A stretch of DNA of 64,000 nucleotides from Candidatus Poriferihabitaceae bacterium (GCA_965214205.1 OZ243941.1:440745-504744), one strand, 5' to 3'. Positions 26,724 to 36,908 are shown, counted from the stretch's first letter. The notes: generated from the letters alone by a model not told the origin. Numbers and translations: made by a program.

Positions 26724-29042
26724 TTATCCTCTGATGATTATTTCAGGCGGGTCGAAGGCGGTGACCGCCGGCGCCGGACCCTTGAGTTTTTCCACTTCAA
26801 CCAGACAACTGTGCGCGCTCGGCCCCTGCGCCAGACTGGAAGTGCCCTTGTCCAGAGTCAATACGTTCGGGTTGCCGTGCTTGCACAGCAACTGCCCTTC
26901 GTCCAGCATCGGGTCAAACCAGGCGCCGGTACTGATCTGTATGACATTGCGGCGAATCTGGTCGCTGATCAGAGCGCCGCAGATACAGGCGCCGCGCTGA
27001 TTGAAAACCCGCACGAGGTCATTCTGTTCGATCCCCCGCGCCCTGGCGTCTTCGGGATGGATGATGGCCGGCTCTCGGCCGTTTATCTTGGCCGCGCGGC
27101 TGACCGCGCCATGATCCAGTTGGGAATGCAGCTTGTCCTTCGGCTGGTTTGAAATCAGGTGCAACGGCCAGGACTGATCGCTGGCGCCGAGCCATTCCGC
27201 CGGCTCCATCCAGGCCGGATGGGGCGGGCAATCCTCATAACCAAAACCGGCGATCGTCTGTGAGTAAATTTCTATTTTTCCACTGGGCGTTTTCAATGGG
27301 TTGACTTCTGGGTCCTGCCGGAACGCGCTCAGCATAACCATCGGCTCATCCGGTATCGGCATTTTATGCCAGCCGTCCGACCTGAATTTCTCAAAAGCGG
27401 GCAATTCAATACCGGACTGTTTGGCCGACTTTCCGCTTTGTTGATAAATCCATCGCTGCCAGCCTGCGGCGTCAAGCCCCCCGGTAAAACTCTCTTCAAC
27501 CCCCATTTCTTTCGCGATTCCCCGCAGAATATCAAAATCACTGCGTGATTCACCGACCGGCTCAATCACCGCGTCCATCGACACGATATAAGGGTCGAGC
27601 GGCGTCAGAGCCAGGTCCTGACGTTCCAGCGGGGTCGTACAGGGCAACACGATATCGGCGTGTTTCGCCAGCGCGTTCCAGCACCATTCATGGACGATGA
27701 TCGAATCCGGTTTCTGCCAGGCGATCAGCATACGGCCCAGGTCCTGGTGATGATGGAAGGGATTGCCGCCTGCCCAGTAAACAATATGAATATCCGGAAA
27801 GGTGCGCGTTTTGCCATTGAATTCATACTGCCTGCCCGGATTCAGCAATAAATCACTGATCCGGGCAACCGGGATGAACGGCTTCACAACGTTTGCGCCC
27901 TGGGGAAATTCCTGGAAGCCGACCGGGGTTATTTCGTTGCCGATACAATTGACCGCCGAATATCCAAAGCCGACACCGCCGCCGGGCAATCCGACCTGGC
28001 CGATCATCGACGCCAGCGCGACCCCGGCCCAGAACGGGTGCTCACCGTGATCCTGTCGGGTCATCGACCAGCTTAATGACAGCATGGTGCGGCAGCCGGC
28101 CATGCGTCTAGCCAGCGCGCGGATCGATTCTCCGGACAACCCGCTGATCCCGGCTGCCCATTGCGCCGTCTTTTCGATACCGTCTTCCTGGCCCAGGAGA
28201 TAGGCGGCAAACCGGTCAAAGCCGGTGGTATATCGATCCAGAAAGTCCTGGTCATGCAGGTTTTCGGCCAGCAGGGTATGCGCCAGACCCAGCAGGATGG
28301 CGGTATCGGTGGAAGGCCGCGCCGCCAGCCATTCGGCATTCACCTCATCCATCGCATCGCTGCGAAGCGGCGAAATATTGACAAACTGAACCCCTGCCGC
28401 GCTGGCCTGCCGCATCGCCTGACCCTGGCGGTGGCTGCCGGTTCCACCCTGGGTGATCTGGCTGTTTTTGATCGGCAGTCCACCGAAAGCGACCATCAGT
28501 TCAGATGATTCAATGATCGACTGCCAGCTTGTCGGGAAATACACATATTCCCGGACATCCCCCAGAACATGGAGCAGAATCACTTCACCCGCGGCCAGAC
28601 TATAGGAATTGACCGATCTGGTGAAACCGCCGATACAGTTGAGGAACCGGCGCAACTGGCTCTGGGCATGATGAAATCGTCCGGCGCTCGCCCAGCCGTA
28701 GGAACCCGCGAAGATCGCTTCGTTGCCATACTTCCGGCGCACGCGATCCAGTTCACCGGCAACCAGTTTGCAGGCCGTATCCCAGTCAACCTGGACAAAC
28801 GGCTCGGAACCGCGCCCTGAAGGGTTGGCTCCCGGCCCATGCTCAAGCCAGCTTTTCCGCACCATCGGGAATTTGATCCGGGTCGGCCCATCAAGAACAT
28901 CAACGATGCCGTGACCGATGGCGGAGGGCGCTATGTCCCGCTCGAAACCATGCAACGCCGTGACCCTGCCGTCATGGGTTTCAACGCGATAGGTTCCCCA
29001 GTGACTGGAGGTCAGCGGCAATGATTCAATTCCTTCCGTCAT
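26724..29042 (-). CDS. molybdopterin-dependent S-/N-oxide reductase, cytoplasmic BisC-like (DMSO reductase family)
   Basis: 772 aa. N-terminus 'LTSSHWGTYRVE...' without a twin-arginine signal, as in BisC. 'GSYGWASAGRFHHAQSQLRRFLN' is typical of TMAO/DMSO/biotin-sulfoxide reductases. Confidence 0.86.
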   Translation of the reverse strand: MTEGIESLPLTSSHWGTYRVETHDGRVTALHGFERDIAPSAIGHGIVDVLDGPTRIKFPMVRKSWLEHGPGANPSGRGSEPFVQVDWDTACKLVAGELDRVRRKYGNEAIFAGSYGWASAGRFHHAQSQLRRFLNCIGGFTRSVNSYSLAAGEVILLHVLGDVREYVYFPTSWQSIIESSELMVAFGGLPIKNSQITQGGTGSHRQGQAMRQASAAGVQFVNISPLRSDAMDEVNAEWLAARPSTDTAILLGLAHTLLAENLHDQDFLDRYTTGFDRFAAYLLGQEDGIEKTAQWAAGISGLSGESIRALARRMAGCRTMLSLSWSMTRQDHGEHPFWAGVALASMIGQVGLPGGGVGFGYSAVNCIGNEITPVGFQEFPQGANVVKPFIPVARISDLLLNPGRQYEFNGKTRTFPDIHIVYWAGGNPFHHHQDLGRMLIAWQKPDSIIVHEWCWNALAKHADIVLPCTTPLERQDLALTPLDPYIVSMDAVIEPVGESRSDFDILRGIAKEMGVEESFTGGLDAAGWQRWIYQQSGKSAKQSGIELPAFEKFRSDGWHKMPIPDEPMVMLSAFRQDPEVNPLKTPSGKIEIYSQTIAGFGYEDCPPHPAWMEPAEWLGASDQSWPLHLISNQPKDKLHSQLDHGAVSRAAKINGREPAIIHPEDARARGIEQNDLVRVFNQRGACICGALISDQIRRNVIQISTGAWFDPMLDEGQLLCKHGNPNVLTLDKGTSSLAQGPSAHSCLVEVEKLKGPAPAVTAFDPPEIIIRG

Positions 29043-29093
29043 CCCGAAATTCTACCACCCGAGGGCCTTAAGTAGTATGATAAGGCGATTTGA

Positions 29094-29423
29094 ATGTCAG
29101 ATGAAAATATTGAGGAAAGGGTTGTGAAAGCGCTGGCAGATATTTGTATTATTCCGGCCGGAGTCGGCGTATCGGTTTCCAGGCATGTTGTGGCCTGTCA
29201 GGAGATTTTTAATGAAGCCGGTCTGGATACCCGCCTGCACGCATACGGGACCAATGTCGAAGGCGAATGGGATGATGTGATGGCGGCCCTGAAACGCTGC
29301 CATGAGAAAGTTCACGAAATGGGCGCTCCCCGGATCAGTACCTCCATACGTCTGGGGACCCGGATTGACCGCGAGCAGTCGATGCAGGACAAGATCGACA
29401 GTGTCACAGACAAGATGAAGTAG
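29094..29423 (+). CDS. MTH1187/YkoF-family (UPF0045) thiamine-binding-like protein
   Basis: 109 aa. 'ICIIPAGVGVSVSRHVVACQEIF...YGTNVEGEWDDVMAALKRCHE...RISTSIRLGTRIDR' fits the family pattern. Confidence 0.82.
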   Translation: MSDENIEERVVKALADICIIPAGVGVSVSRHVVACQEIFNEAGLDTRLHAYGTNVEGEWDDVMAALKRCHEKVHEMGAPRISTSIRLGTRIDREQSMQDKIDSVTDKMK

Positions 29424-29431
29424 CTTTGATC

Positions 29432-29929
29432 ATGAAGAAACATGTAATTGCGATAGCAAGCTGGGTCATGGCAATCTGGATGTGCAAGGTGTTCCTGTTC
29501 TCGATTCCCTACAAATTTACCGGCCACCCCGACACCCGGCATATATTCGACACCATCGGCGTCTGGATAGCAGGCATTCTGGGGCAGGGCCCAGGCGCGC
29601 TGTTTGCCAGTATCGGCCCTTATGCCGTGGGCAGTTTCGAGATATTGACCTCGCTGATACTGCTGCTCCCCGGACTGATCTGGCTGCTCACAAAGGTTGG
29701 CGTGGGCAACGACAGGGGAAAACCGGTCCGGGCAGCATTTCACCGCGTTGGCGGCGCCATGGCCGCGCTGGTCATGGCGGGCGCGGTATTCTTTCATCTG
29801 GCCACGCCGCTCGGCATTGTGGTCCTGCACGAAGGCAAATCCGATGGCGGGTCCCTGTTCTACGCGGCGCTTTCCATCCTGATCATGGGCATTGTGATGT
29901 TCTTCATAAACGGGAAACCGGCCAGATAA
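29432..29929 (+). CDS. 4-TM membrane protein, DoxX-like (family assignment tentative)
   Basis: Four hydrophobic segments in about 165 aa. Immediately follows the UPF0045 gene. No diagnostic motif recognised. Confidence 0.55.
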   Translation: MKKHVIAIASWVMAIWMCKVFLFSIPYKFTGHPDTRHIFDTIGVWIAGILGQGPGALFASIGPYAVGSFEILTSLILLLPGLIWLLTKVGVGNDRGKPVRAAFHRVGGAMAALVMAGAVFFHLATPLGIVVLHEGKSDGGSLFYAALSILIMGIVMFFINGKPAR

Positions 29930-29985
29930 CACCTGCGGCGAGGAACCGGATTTTCATTTTCAGGTATTAACGTCGGTACCCGCCT

Positions 29986-30822
29986 GTGAAGATTACCGCC
30001 GTCATGGTGGCAACCTATATGATTGACTGCTGCCTGATCGGGACGAAACCCTGCAAGTATTTTCAGCTTAACTCCCCCTGGTTCAACGAGCGCAAGGGAG
30101 TGTTCTCGAAAATGGACCTGGACAGACTGATTCCCGAACGCTGGCGGCTGCAACAGCGTTATGACGATGGCGTTTCGACCCCCGGTTCATTCCCGGTTTT
30201 CCTGAAACCCGAATGGAGCGAAAACGCGAAAGGAATCCATCGGGCGGATAATCCGGAAGAACTGCGATTGATCCGACAAAAAATCGCCGCGTCGAAAACG
30301 CCCTATCTACTGCAGGAGGGAGCGAGCCACAGGCGGGAATTCGAGATATTCTGTCTGCGGGATTACCGAGACAGCAGCCGGTATTCGGTATTTTCGATTA
30401 CCGAAACCATCAATCACAGGGAACCAAATCCGATAAACAGTATCCATAACCGGGATACACATTATCAGGATTTGACCGATCAATTCTCCGAAGAGCAGAA
30501 AAGCGCCGTCTACGGATACCTGAGCCGGATTGGCCCGTTTGCAATTTCACGGCTCAGCGTGCGCGCGCAATCGCCGGAACAACTGGTGACCGGACACTTC
30601 CAGGTGATTGAGTTGAACCTGTATACCCCGATGCCGATCCACATGCTGGACCCCAAATACAGACTCCGGGATTTATGGAAAATGATTCGCCAATACATGA
30701 TGTCTCTCGCACGGTTGACCCGGGCCCGGGACAAAAGTCTTGTGGAAAAACCGGTCTATACCCAAATCATGCTGTACAACCGCAAAGGCATTTTCACCAA
30801 TTTCAAAAGAGAGGGAGTATGA
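29986..30822 (+). CDS. ATP-grasp-like protein (core domain only), hypothetical ligase
   Basis: 'FPVFLKPEWSENAKGIH', 'YLLQEG' and 'FQVIELNLYTP' resemble the ATP-grasp K / hinge-E / E-x-N elements. The stop overlaps the next gene's ATG (ATGA at 30819-30822). The start (GTG 29986) is uncertain. Confidence 0.6.
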   Translation: MKITAVMVATYMIDCCLIGTKPCKYFQLNSPWFNERKGVFSKMDLDRLIPERWRLQQRYDDGVSTPGSFPVFLKPEWSENAKGIHRADNPEELRLIRQKIAASKTPYLLQEGASHRREFEIFCLRDYRDSSRYSVFSITETINHREPNPINSIHNRDTHYQDLTDQFSEEQKSAVYGYLSRIGPFAISRLSVRAQSPEQLVTGHFQVIELNLYTPMPIHMLDPKYRLRDLWKMIRQYMMSLARLTRARDKSLVEKPVYTQIMLYNRKGIFTNFKREGV

Positions 30823-31727
30823 GGAAGCTAAAAGCCCTGCTCTATGCCTGGATCAGCGAACGATACATGCATGATTGCAGTAATTTCAATACACTGGCTG
30901 TACGAAAAGGCTGTCGATCAAAAGCCCAGGGGCGGGCGGTTTTCGAGAAAAACAATATTCCGCACGCGCGCGGCCAAGTGTTTTTCTGGCCCTGGTCGGC
31001 GCACCGGTTTGCCCGGCGCCATGGCTTCCCGCTGGTGATCAAACCGAATGTGAGCGGCTATTCACGCGGCAGTTATTTCCCGATACGAAATTACCGTGAA
31101 CTCTGGCAGGCCATATTTTGGGCGAAGGTCTGGTGGCCGACCACGATGATTGAACAATACCTCAAGGGAGCCAACTACCGGGTCCTGACCGAAGGCAAGG
31201 GACTGATTTCCGTAATCCGGCGATATCCGCCGTTTGTCATCGGCAACGGACAGGACACCGTGGAAGCGCTGATCGATCAGGAGAACGGGATTCGCAGGAA
31301 AATGAACCTGCATCCGACCATTTTCCCGATATCCAAAAACAAAAAAGCGATCCGGCATCTGCGAAAACAGAATCTCGACCTGTCATCCATTCCTCCGGAA
31401 GGGCAGCATGTTGAAATATTTCATCGGGTCGCCCTGGCCCCCGGAGGCGTGGTCGAAACCATCAACCAGGATACCATTGCCGAGGAAAACAAAACCCTGT
31501 TCATGGACGTCGTCAAAATGTTCGGCGCCAACGTACTCGGCATTGACGTGATTTTTGAAAAGGGGATCGAAACCCCCCATTCAGAACAGAACTGCATTTT
31601 TATCGAGGTCAATTCCCGGCCGTATATCGAGATGCATCATTATCCAAGATACGGCCCGGTCGAAGACTTCCATGAAGCGCTGGCGGAACTGGAAAAACTG
31701 GACATCACCGACCGGGACATTTTTTGA
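30819..31727 (+). CDS. stand-alone ATP-grasp ligase resembling the cyanophycin-synthetase G-domain / RimK group
   Basis: 'GFPLVIKPNVSGYSRG', 'MIEQYLKGANYRVL', 'VIGNGQDTVEALIDQEN', 'ALAPGGVVE', 'GIDVIFEKG...IFIEVNSRP'. Collinear with CphA-type ATP-grasp modules but only 302 aa, with no Mur-ligase domain. Confidence 0.8.
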   Translation: MRKLKALLYAWISERYMHDCSNFNTLAVRKGCRSKAQGRAVFEKNNIPHARGQVFFWPWSAHRFARRHGFPLVIKPNVSGYSRGSYFPIRNYRELWQAIFWAKVWWPTTMIEQYLKGANYRVLTEGKGLISVIRRYPPFVIGNGQDTVEALIDQENGIRRKMNLHPTIFPISKNKKAIRHLRKQNLDLSSIPPEGQHVEIFHRVALAPGGVVETINQDTIAEENKTLFMDVVKMFGANVLGIDVIFEKGIETPHSEQNCIFIEVNSRPYIEMHHYPRYGPVEDFHEALAELEKLDITDRDIF

Positions 31728-32893
31728 AGACACCGCCCGACAGCCGCACCTTCAACTGGTATCTGGGGTTGCATTCCCTGCTGATCGGAATCTTCCCTTT
31801 CTATATCCCGGTTTATCTGTGGAACCAGAAGTTTGGTCTGGGAGATATTTCGGTGTTCATCTCGCTGGCTGGAATCGGTTTTTGCTGCGGCTTGTGGTTG
31901 TGGGACCGACTCAGACTGATAATCAGCTTAGGACCACTGATTGCGCTGTCATTGATTCTGGAAATCATCCTGATTTTCAACGTGCACCTGTTGGAAATGA
32001 ATCACCCGACACTGCTGGCGCTGGGCATAACGTATGGAATCTACAACTGTTTTTACTGGACCACCTTGCGCGCGCTGTTTTTCGACCTGATTGATGTTGA
32101 ATCCTCCGGCCGCAAATACGGAAACCTGCAAATCATGGTCGGCTTTTCGCTGCAGGTCGGTATTCTGATCGGGGGATTCCTGCTGGAAAAAACCAGTCTC
32201 ATCTATCTGCTGGTCGTATCGGCGGTGATCGCGGGAGTGGGATATTTCATGGTCACCTGGCATCGACCGGGCTATCCGGTGGTCCTGGCCCGGCACGACT
32301 GTCTGAGCCTCAAACAGGTGGCCGGATTCCGGGATAATGACAATTCGCGGCTGATATTCCTGCTGGACGGATTTTTCCTTTTCGCGGAGAGTTTCTTCTG
32401 GGTCATCACCCTGTTTTTACTGGCCCACGAAAGTTTCTCCTTGCTCGGCATCATGGTGCTTTCGCTGGCCGTCATCTTCGGCATTATCTTCTATTTGCTG
32501 AAAAACACGATTGATCGACTGGGACGCAATCGAATCTATCGGCTCGCGGTCATTTTATACGCGTTGTCGTGGGCGTTCCGGGCGCTGACCGAAGACACAT
32601 TGAGCCTGGAAGTGCTCTATCTGTTTCTGGTGGTCATCACTTTCTGCACCGCCTTTTTCCGACTCGCGATGAACAAGCGCTTCTATGATCTGGCAAAACT
32701 GACCTGCTCGCATGATTACCTGGTCCTGAAAAGCTACTATTCCCAGGCGGCGATTGTCGTTATTTTCGGCCTGATGGCATACTGGTTGTACCGTGTCGAG
32801 CCCGGCGCCTGGCCATTGACGCCGATTTACTGGCTGTCCGCCGCCTTTGCGTTGATTTACCTGATTTACGGAATACGGCGCTACAGTCAGTAA
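31724..32893 (+). CDS. ~12-TM MFS-like membrane transporter
   Basis: 389 aa, hydrophobic throughout, with a central loop 'HRPGYPVVLARHDCLSLKQVAGFRDNDNSR' splitting two 6-TM halves. The TTG start overlaps the preceding stop (TTGA). Confidence 0.7.
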   Translation: MKTPPDSRTFNWYLGLHSLLIGIFPFYIPVYLWNQKFGLGDISVFISLAGIGFCCGLWLWDRLRLIISLGPLIALSLILEIILIFNVHLLEMNHPTLLALGITYGIYNCFYWTTLRALFFDLIDVESSGRKYGNLQIMVGFSLQVGILIGGFLLEKTSLIYLLVVSAVIAGVGYFMVTWHRPGYPVVLARHDCLSLKQVAGFRDNDNSRLIFLLDGFFLFAESFFWVITLFLLAHESFSLLGIMVLSLAVIFGIIFYLLKNTIDRLGRNRIYRLAVILYALSWAFRALTEDTLSLEVLYLFLVVITFCTAFFRLAMNKRFYDLAKLTCSHDYLVLKSYYSQAAIVVIFGLMAYWLYRVEPGAWPLTPIYWLSAAFALIYLIYGIRRYSQ

Positions 32894-32939
32894 ACCGCGC
32901 CGAAGCCGAAAAGTCGCTCCGGAATCAGATGCCCCGGGA

Positions 32940-34091
32940 TCAGAATCTGCCGTGGACCGCGTTCGCGGCCACCGCGCTGTAGGCTTTTGCGTCAAAGGCG
33001 ATGGGGTTGGTACCAGCCGAAGGGTCAACGACCGCCATTTCACCGATTTCCCCGATTCGCTCATCGTCAATACCAATTTCCCGCAGAGTGTTCGGGATGC
33101 CGATTTCGGCGCGTAGTTCCATCACCCAGTCGAGAAAGGGATCAAACCCCGGTTTCAGTCCAAGATAACGGGAAAGCCTCTCGATCGGTTCCAGAATGGC
33201 GGATTTGTTGGCGATCAGCACATAAGGCATCACGATGGCGTTGAGTGTCCCGTGATGCGCGTCATAAACCGCGCCCAATGGATGGGACAGCGCATGCATG
33301 GCGCCGAGGCCGCGCTGAAACGCGGTCGCGCCCATTGAGGAGGCCACCAGCATCCGGGTTCTCGCCTCGATATCGCCGCCGTCGGCAACCGCGGTCGGCA
33401 GGTTTTCCCGGATTATCCGGATGCCTTCCAGCGCAATGCCCTCCGCCATCGGATGAAACAGCGGCGAACAAAAAGCCTCGAGGTTGTGGGACAGCGCATC
33501 CATGCCGGTCGCCGCAGTCAGCATCGACGACAAACCGACGGTCAGTTCGGGGTCCAGTATCACACAGTCCGGGCACATGCCGGGATGAAATACGATGACC
33601 TTGCGATGCTCGTCCGGGTTGACAATGACCGAGGCGCGGCCCACTTCCGAACCAGTCCCCGCAGTCGTGGGAATGGCCACGACCGGAGCAATCCTGTCGG
33701 CGTCCGCCCGCATCCAGTTATCCCCCACGTCTTCCAGGTCCCACAGGCTGCACTCCTGCCCGGCGATGACGGCAACCGCCTTACCGGCGTCCAGGCCGCT
33801 GCCGCCCCCCAGAGCGATCACGCTGTCATGATTCCCGGCCTTGTACGCGGCCACGCCAGCGGCGACATTCTCTCCGGAAGGGTTCGGTTTAACATCACTG
33901 AAAACCTGGATTCCCAGTCCGGCGCGACGACAGATATCGACGATTTCCCGGACCATCGGCAATGCCGCGATACCCGGGTCGGTGACCAGAAGCGGCGTGG
34001 CCATATCGTACGTTTTGCAGACTTCGGCGATCTCATTGACCCGCCCGGCGCCGACCCGTATGGCGGTCGGATAGTTCCAGTTCATATTCAT
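32940..34091 (-). CDS. iron-containing (group III) alcohol dehydrogenase
   Basis: 'GGGSGLDAGKAVA' and His-rich metal-site contexts 'HNLEAF' and 'HALSHPLG'. 383 aa. Confidence 0.88.
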   Translation of the reverse strand: MNMNWNYPTAIRVGAGRVNEIAEVCKTYDMATPLLVTDPGIAALPMVREIVDICRRAGLGIQVFSDVKPNPSGENVAAGVAAYKAGNHDSVIALGGGSGLDAGKAVAVIAGQECSLWDLEDVGDNWMRADADRIAPVVAIPTTAGTGSEVGRASVIVNPDEHRKVIVFHPGMCPDCVILDPELTVGLSSMLTAATGMDALSHNLEAFCSPLFHPMAEGIALEGIRIIRENLPTAVADGGDIEARTRMLVASSMGATAFQRGLGAMHALSHPLGAVYDAHHGTLNAIVMPYVLIANKSAILEPIERLSRYLGLKPGFDPFLDWVMELRAEIGIPNTLREIGIDDERIGEIGEMAVVDPSAGTNPIAFDAKAYSAVAANAVHGRF

Positions 34092-34092
34092 G

Positions 34093-34890
34093 TTATTTCA
34101 AGGTGATCGAAAGCGGGCAGTGATCCGACCCCATTTGGTCATTCAGATAGTCGATCTGTTCCACCCGTTCCAGGTCGGCCCGGTTCATCAGGAAATAATC
34201 AATCCGCCAACCGACATTCCGCAGCCGCCCGCGGGAAATCATGTGCCACCAGGAATAGACGTCCGTGACGCCGGGATTCCTCTCCCGCCAGACATCCACC
34301 CAGCCATCCTCGACCAGACGGTCCATCCAGGCGCGCTCTTTCGGATGAAAGCCGATTTTGCCATCGTTCTCCTTCGGGCGCGCGAGGTCGATTTCCTGGT
34401 GGGCCACATTCATGTCCCCGCCAACCAGCGCTATCCGCCCCTGCTGGCGTAACTCGGACATATAAGCGTGAACGCAGTCATAAAACACCAGTTTCTCCCG
34501 CCACGCCTCCTCACTCTTGCCGCCATTCGGGAAATAGATCGAAAACAGATCCCAACGATCTCCACGCAAGGTGAAGGAAAGGTGGCAAATCCGGCCCTCG
34601 TCCGCATTCGGCGCATTCGGTATCCCGGTTGCAAACTCCACGCCTTCGAGCCTTTCGAACAGGGATTTCCTGACCCACAACGAGGTGCCCGCATAGCCCT
34701 TTTTCAGCGCGCTGCTGTAATACTGGTGATAGTCGTCGTGCGCCGTCAACCAAGGACTGAATTGATCGACAGACCCCTTGATCTCCTGAATCATGAATAT
34801 GTCAGGATCATGGCTTGTAATGAAATTCTGGATTTCCCCCTTGCGTTCGACCGCGCGGATGCCATTCACATTCCAGGTACTGATTTTCAA
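34093..34890 (-). CDS. xthA: exodeoxyribonuclease III
   Basis: 'ISTWNVNGIRA', 'IFMIQEIK', and the C-terminal 'GSDHCPLSITL'. Confidence 0.92.
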   Translation of the reverse strand: MKISTWNVNGIRAVERKGEIQNFITSHDPDIFMIQEIKGSVDQFSPWLTAHDDYHQYYSSALKKGYAGTSLWVRKSLFERLEGVEFATGIPNAPNADEGRICHLSFTLRGDRWDLFSIYFPNGGKSEEAWREKLVFYDCVHAYMSELRQQGRIALVGGDMNVAHQEIDLARPKENDGKIGFHPKERAWMDRLVEDGWVDVWRERNPGVTDVYSWWHMISRGRLRNVGWRIDYFLMNRADLERVEQIDYLNDQMGSDHCPLSITLK

Positions 34891-34991
34891 CTATCCAACC
34901 ACATTGTCGCAAAAGGCAGATTGTACACAGCGAATGCGCCAACGGATATACCCGGATAGTGGAAAACCGGGTAATATGCTATGTTACAAAC

Positions 34992-36143
34992 ATGTTGCGA
35001 AAACTGAACAGCAAGTTACCCGACGCCGGCACAACCATTTTTACAGTGATGTCAAAAATGGCGCAGGACTACGGGGCCATCAACCTGTCCCAGGGATTCC
35101 CGGATTTTGAACCCGATGAAGGTCTGATCAGCCGGGTCGAATATTACCTTCGCAACGGCAGGAACCAATATCCGCCAATGACCGGCATACCCGAGTTGCG
35201 CGCGGCCATTTCCCGCAAGCTGAAAACCAACAGCCAGATCGAGATCGACAGTGAATCGGAGATCACCATAACCAGCGGCGCCACCGAAGCCCTGTTCTGC
35301 GCGATCCATTGCGTCGTTCGGCCCGGCGATGAAGTCATCGTATTTGACCCGGCCTACGACTCCTACGAGCCCGCGGTTACACTGGCCGGAGGCAAAACCA
35401 TCCATATCCCGATGACCCTGCCGGACTACAGTATCGACTGGCAGGCGGTACAGCAAAAACTCAACAGCAACACCCGTCTGATCATCATCAACTCGCCGCA
35501 TAATCCAAGTAGCGGCGTGTTGCAAAGGGAAGATCTCGATAATCTGGCCGAAACGATACGGCCGCTGAACTGTTTTGTGCTCAGCGATGAAGTGTATGAA
35601 CACATTATCTTTGACGGCCGGGAACACGCCAGCGTACTGACCCATGATGAACTCCGCAACCGGTCGATGGCGGTCTTTTCCTTCGGCAAGACCTATCATG
35701 TGACCGGCTGGAAGATCGGCTACTGCATCGCCCCCGCCGGACTGACCACGGAATTTCGCAAGATTCACCAGTTCAACGTGTTCACAACGCCGACCCCGAT
35801 GCAATGGGCGATCGCGGACTTTCTCGAATCCAACCCGCAGAACTATCAGCAGCTCGGAGTGTTTTATCAACAGAAAAGAGATCGCTTCTGCCAGATGATC
35901 GAAGGCTCGCGGTTCAAGCTGCTGCCGTCAGCCGGCACCTACTTCCAGCTTGCCGACTACAGCCGGATTTCGGACAAGACGGATACCGGATTCGCCAACT
36001 GGATGACGCAGGAAAAGGGCGTGGCGGTGATTCCGTTGTCCCCGTTCTACAAGGAGCCGCCCGACAGTAAAATGATTCGATTCTGCTTCGCCAAGCAGGA
36101 CGAGACCCTGCAACAGGCCGCGGACATCATCAATACCCTGTAA
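34992..36143 (+). CDS. PLP-dependent aminotransferase, class I (YbdL/methionine aminotransferase-like)
   Basis: 'INLSQGFPDF', 'NQYPPMTGIPELR', 'NSPHNPSG', and the PLP-lysine context 'SFGKTYHVTGWKIGY'. Start set at ATG 34992. Confidence 0.87.
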   Translation: MLRKLNSKLPDAGTTIFTVMSKMAQDYGAINLSQGFPDFEPDEGLISRVEYYLRNGRNQYPPMTGIPELRAAISRKLKTNSQIEIDSESEITITSGATEALFCAIHCVVRPGDEVIVFDPAYDSYEPAVTLAGGKTIHIPMTLPDYSIDWQAVQQKLNSNTRLIIINSPHNPSSGVLQREDLDNLAETIRPLNCFVLSDEVYEHIIFDGREHASVLTHDELRNRSMAVFSFGKTYHVTGWKIGYCIAPAGLTTEFRKIHQFNVFTTPTPMQWAIADFLESNPQNYQQLGVFYQQKRDRFCQMIEGSRFKLLPSAGTYFQLADYSRISDKTDTGFANWMTQEKGVAVIPLSPFYKEPPDSKMIRFCFAKQDETLQQAADIINTL

Positions 36144-36180
36144 ACCTTAAACCCGTTTCACCCATTATCGGAGAACCCTG

Positions 36181-36843
36181 ATGTTAGAAATCCTGGGCAG
36201 GAAAAATTCCAGCAACGTGATCCCGGTCTTATGGACCATTGCAGAATTGAAGCTCGAACATATCCGGCGCAATATCGGCGGCACATTCGGCGGGCTGGAT
36301 TCGAGCGAGTACGGCGCCATCAATCCCAACCGCCTGGTCCCCACCATGAAAGACAACGGATTCATCCTGTGGGAATCCAATACCATTATCCGATACCTGT
36401 GCAGGCAATACGGCAACGGCTCCCTGTACCCTGAGGACCCGCAGCAGTGCGCCCTGGCGGACCAATGGATGGAATGGTTCAAATCGACTGTGATGCCGAG
36501 CCTTTATCCCGCGTTCTGGGGACTGGTGCGAACGCCGGAAGAGGAACAGAACCACGAGCAGATTCACGCCAGCGCCCGACTCACCGGAGAAAAACTGGAA
36601 ATCCTGGACCACCACCTTGAAAACCGGTCATTCATCCTGGGCGATGACTTCACCATGGCGGACATCCCGCTTGGAGCTATCCTGTATCGCTACTATCATC
36701 TGAATATCGAGCGTCCGTCCCTGCCCAATATCGAAGCCTGGTACAACCGGCTGCAACAACGCGACGCCTACCAGACCCATGTCATGATTCCATTCGGAAG
36801 CTCCCTTGAGGAATGGCTTGAGCTGGAAAAAGCGGGAGCCTGA
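36181..36843 (+). CDS. glutathione S-transferase
   Basis: 'NPNRLVPTM...LWESNTIIRYL' (thioredoxin-like GSH site) plus a helical C-terminal domain. 220 aa. Confidence 0.85.
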   Translation: MLEILGRKNSSNVIPVLWTIAELKLEHIRRNIGGTFGGLDSSEYGAINPNRLVPTMKDNGFILWESNTIIRYLCRQYGNGSLYPEDPQQCALADQWMEWFKSTVMPSLYPAFWGLVRTPEEEQNHEQIHASARLTGEKLEILDHHLENRSFILGDDFTMADIPLGAILYRYYHLNIERPSLPNIEAWYNRLQQRDAYQTHVMIPFGSSLEEWLELEKAGA

Positions 36844-36908
36844 GAGATCGAACCCGACTCCCCAGTCCCCGCGGATTACCCCACCCGGGAGCGCTCACGG
36901 CGGGCCGG

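Noticed and set aside
29043-29093. TPP (THI-box) riboswitch expected upstream of a YkoF/MTH1187-family gene
   Set aside because: The intergenic region is only 51 nt and lacks the conserved 'CUGAGA' and 'ACCUGAUCUGGAUAAUGCCAGCG' elements.
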